From: Eledone cirrhosa
Lineage: Eukaryota
NCBI GenBank assembly: GCA_964016885.1
Contig: OZ024743.1
Location: 249,426,001 to 249,490,000 of the forward strand
Direction: 5' to 3'
Length of the DNA stretch: 64,000 nucleotides
In this document: piece by piece, positions 63,002-64,000 of the stretch
Layout: each line of letters opens with the position of its first letter
How positions within the stretch are numbered: position 1 is the stretch's first letter
Notes under the pieces: generated by a model
Seen by the model: the letters and a program-made list of their open reading frames with translations, nothing else
Databases searched by the model: none
Told to the model about the DNA's origin: nothing
Position numbers and translations under genes: made by a program

Positions 63002-64000
<999 letters not shown>

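Overview
Animal genomic DNA, AT-rich and dominated by repeats. RTE LINEs with (GAT)n tails, tRNA-derived SINEs and a [14 protein letters not shown] zinc-finger array suggest an octopus-type cephalopod; that is an inference. One host gene runs on the minus strand. Thirteen phase-compatible GT-AG coding exons (35453 to 5117, 572 codons, probably continuing past the window start) encode a CCDC162/C6orf183 (DUF4549)-like protein, with a candidate RFX X-box promoter near 49.75 kb. A decaying C2H2 zinc-finger array sits at the right edge. The rest is mobile DNA: RTE LINEs of several families (one full-length, one near-intact), a CR1-type LINE, Penelope-like elements, three CRE-like fragments, a non-autonomous Helitron with both ends, MITEs, SINEs and a 2.3-kb ~50-bp satellite. 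The most interesting signal is a set of hammerhead-ribozyme motifs in small non-coding elements: a 659-bp unit with a 117-bp terminal redundancy in (TA)n (retrozyme-like), a 211-bp fold-back element, and a decayed copy at the end of a Penelope-like element. All family assignments come from motif recognition by eye; no database searches were run.
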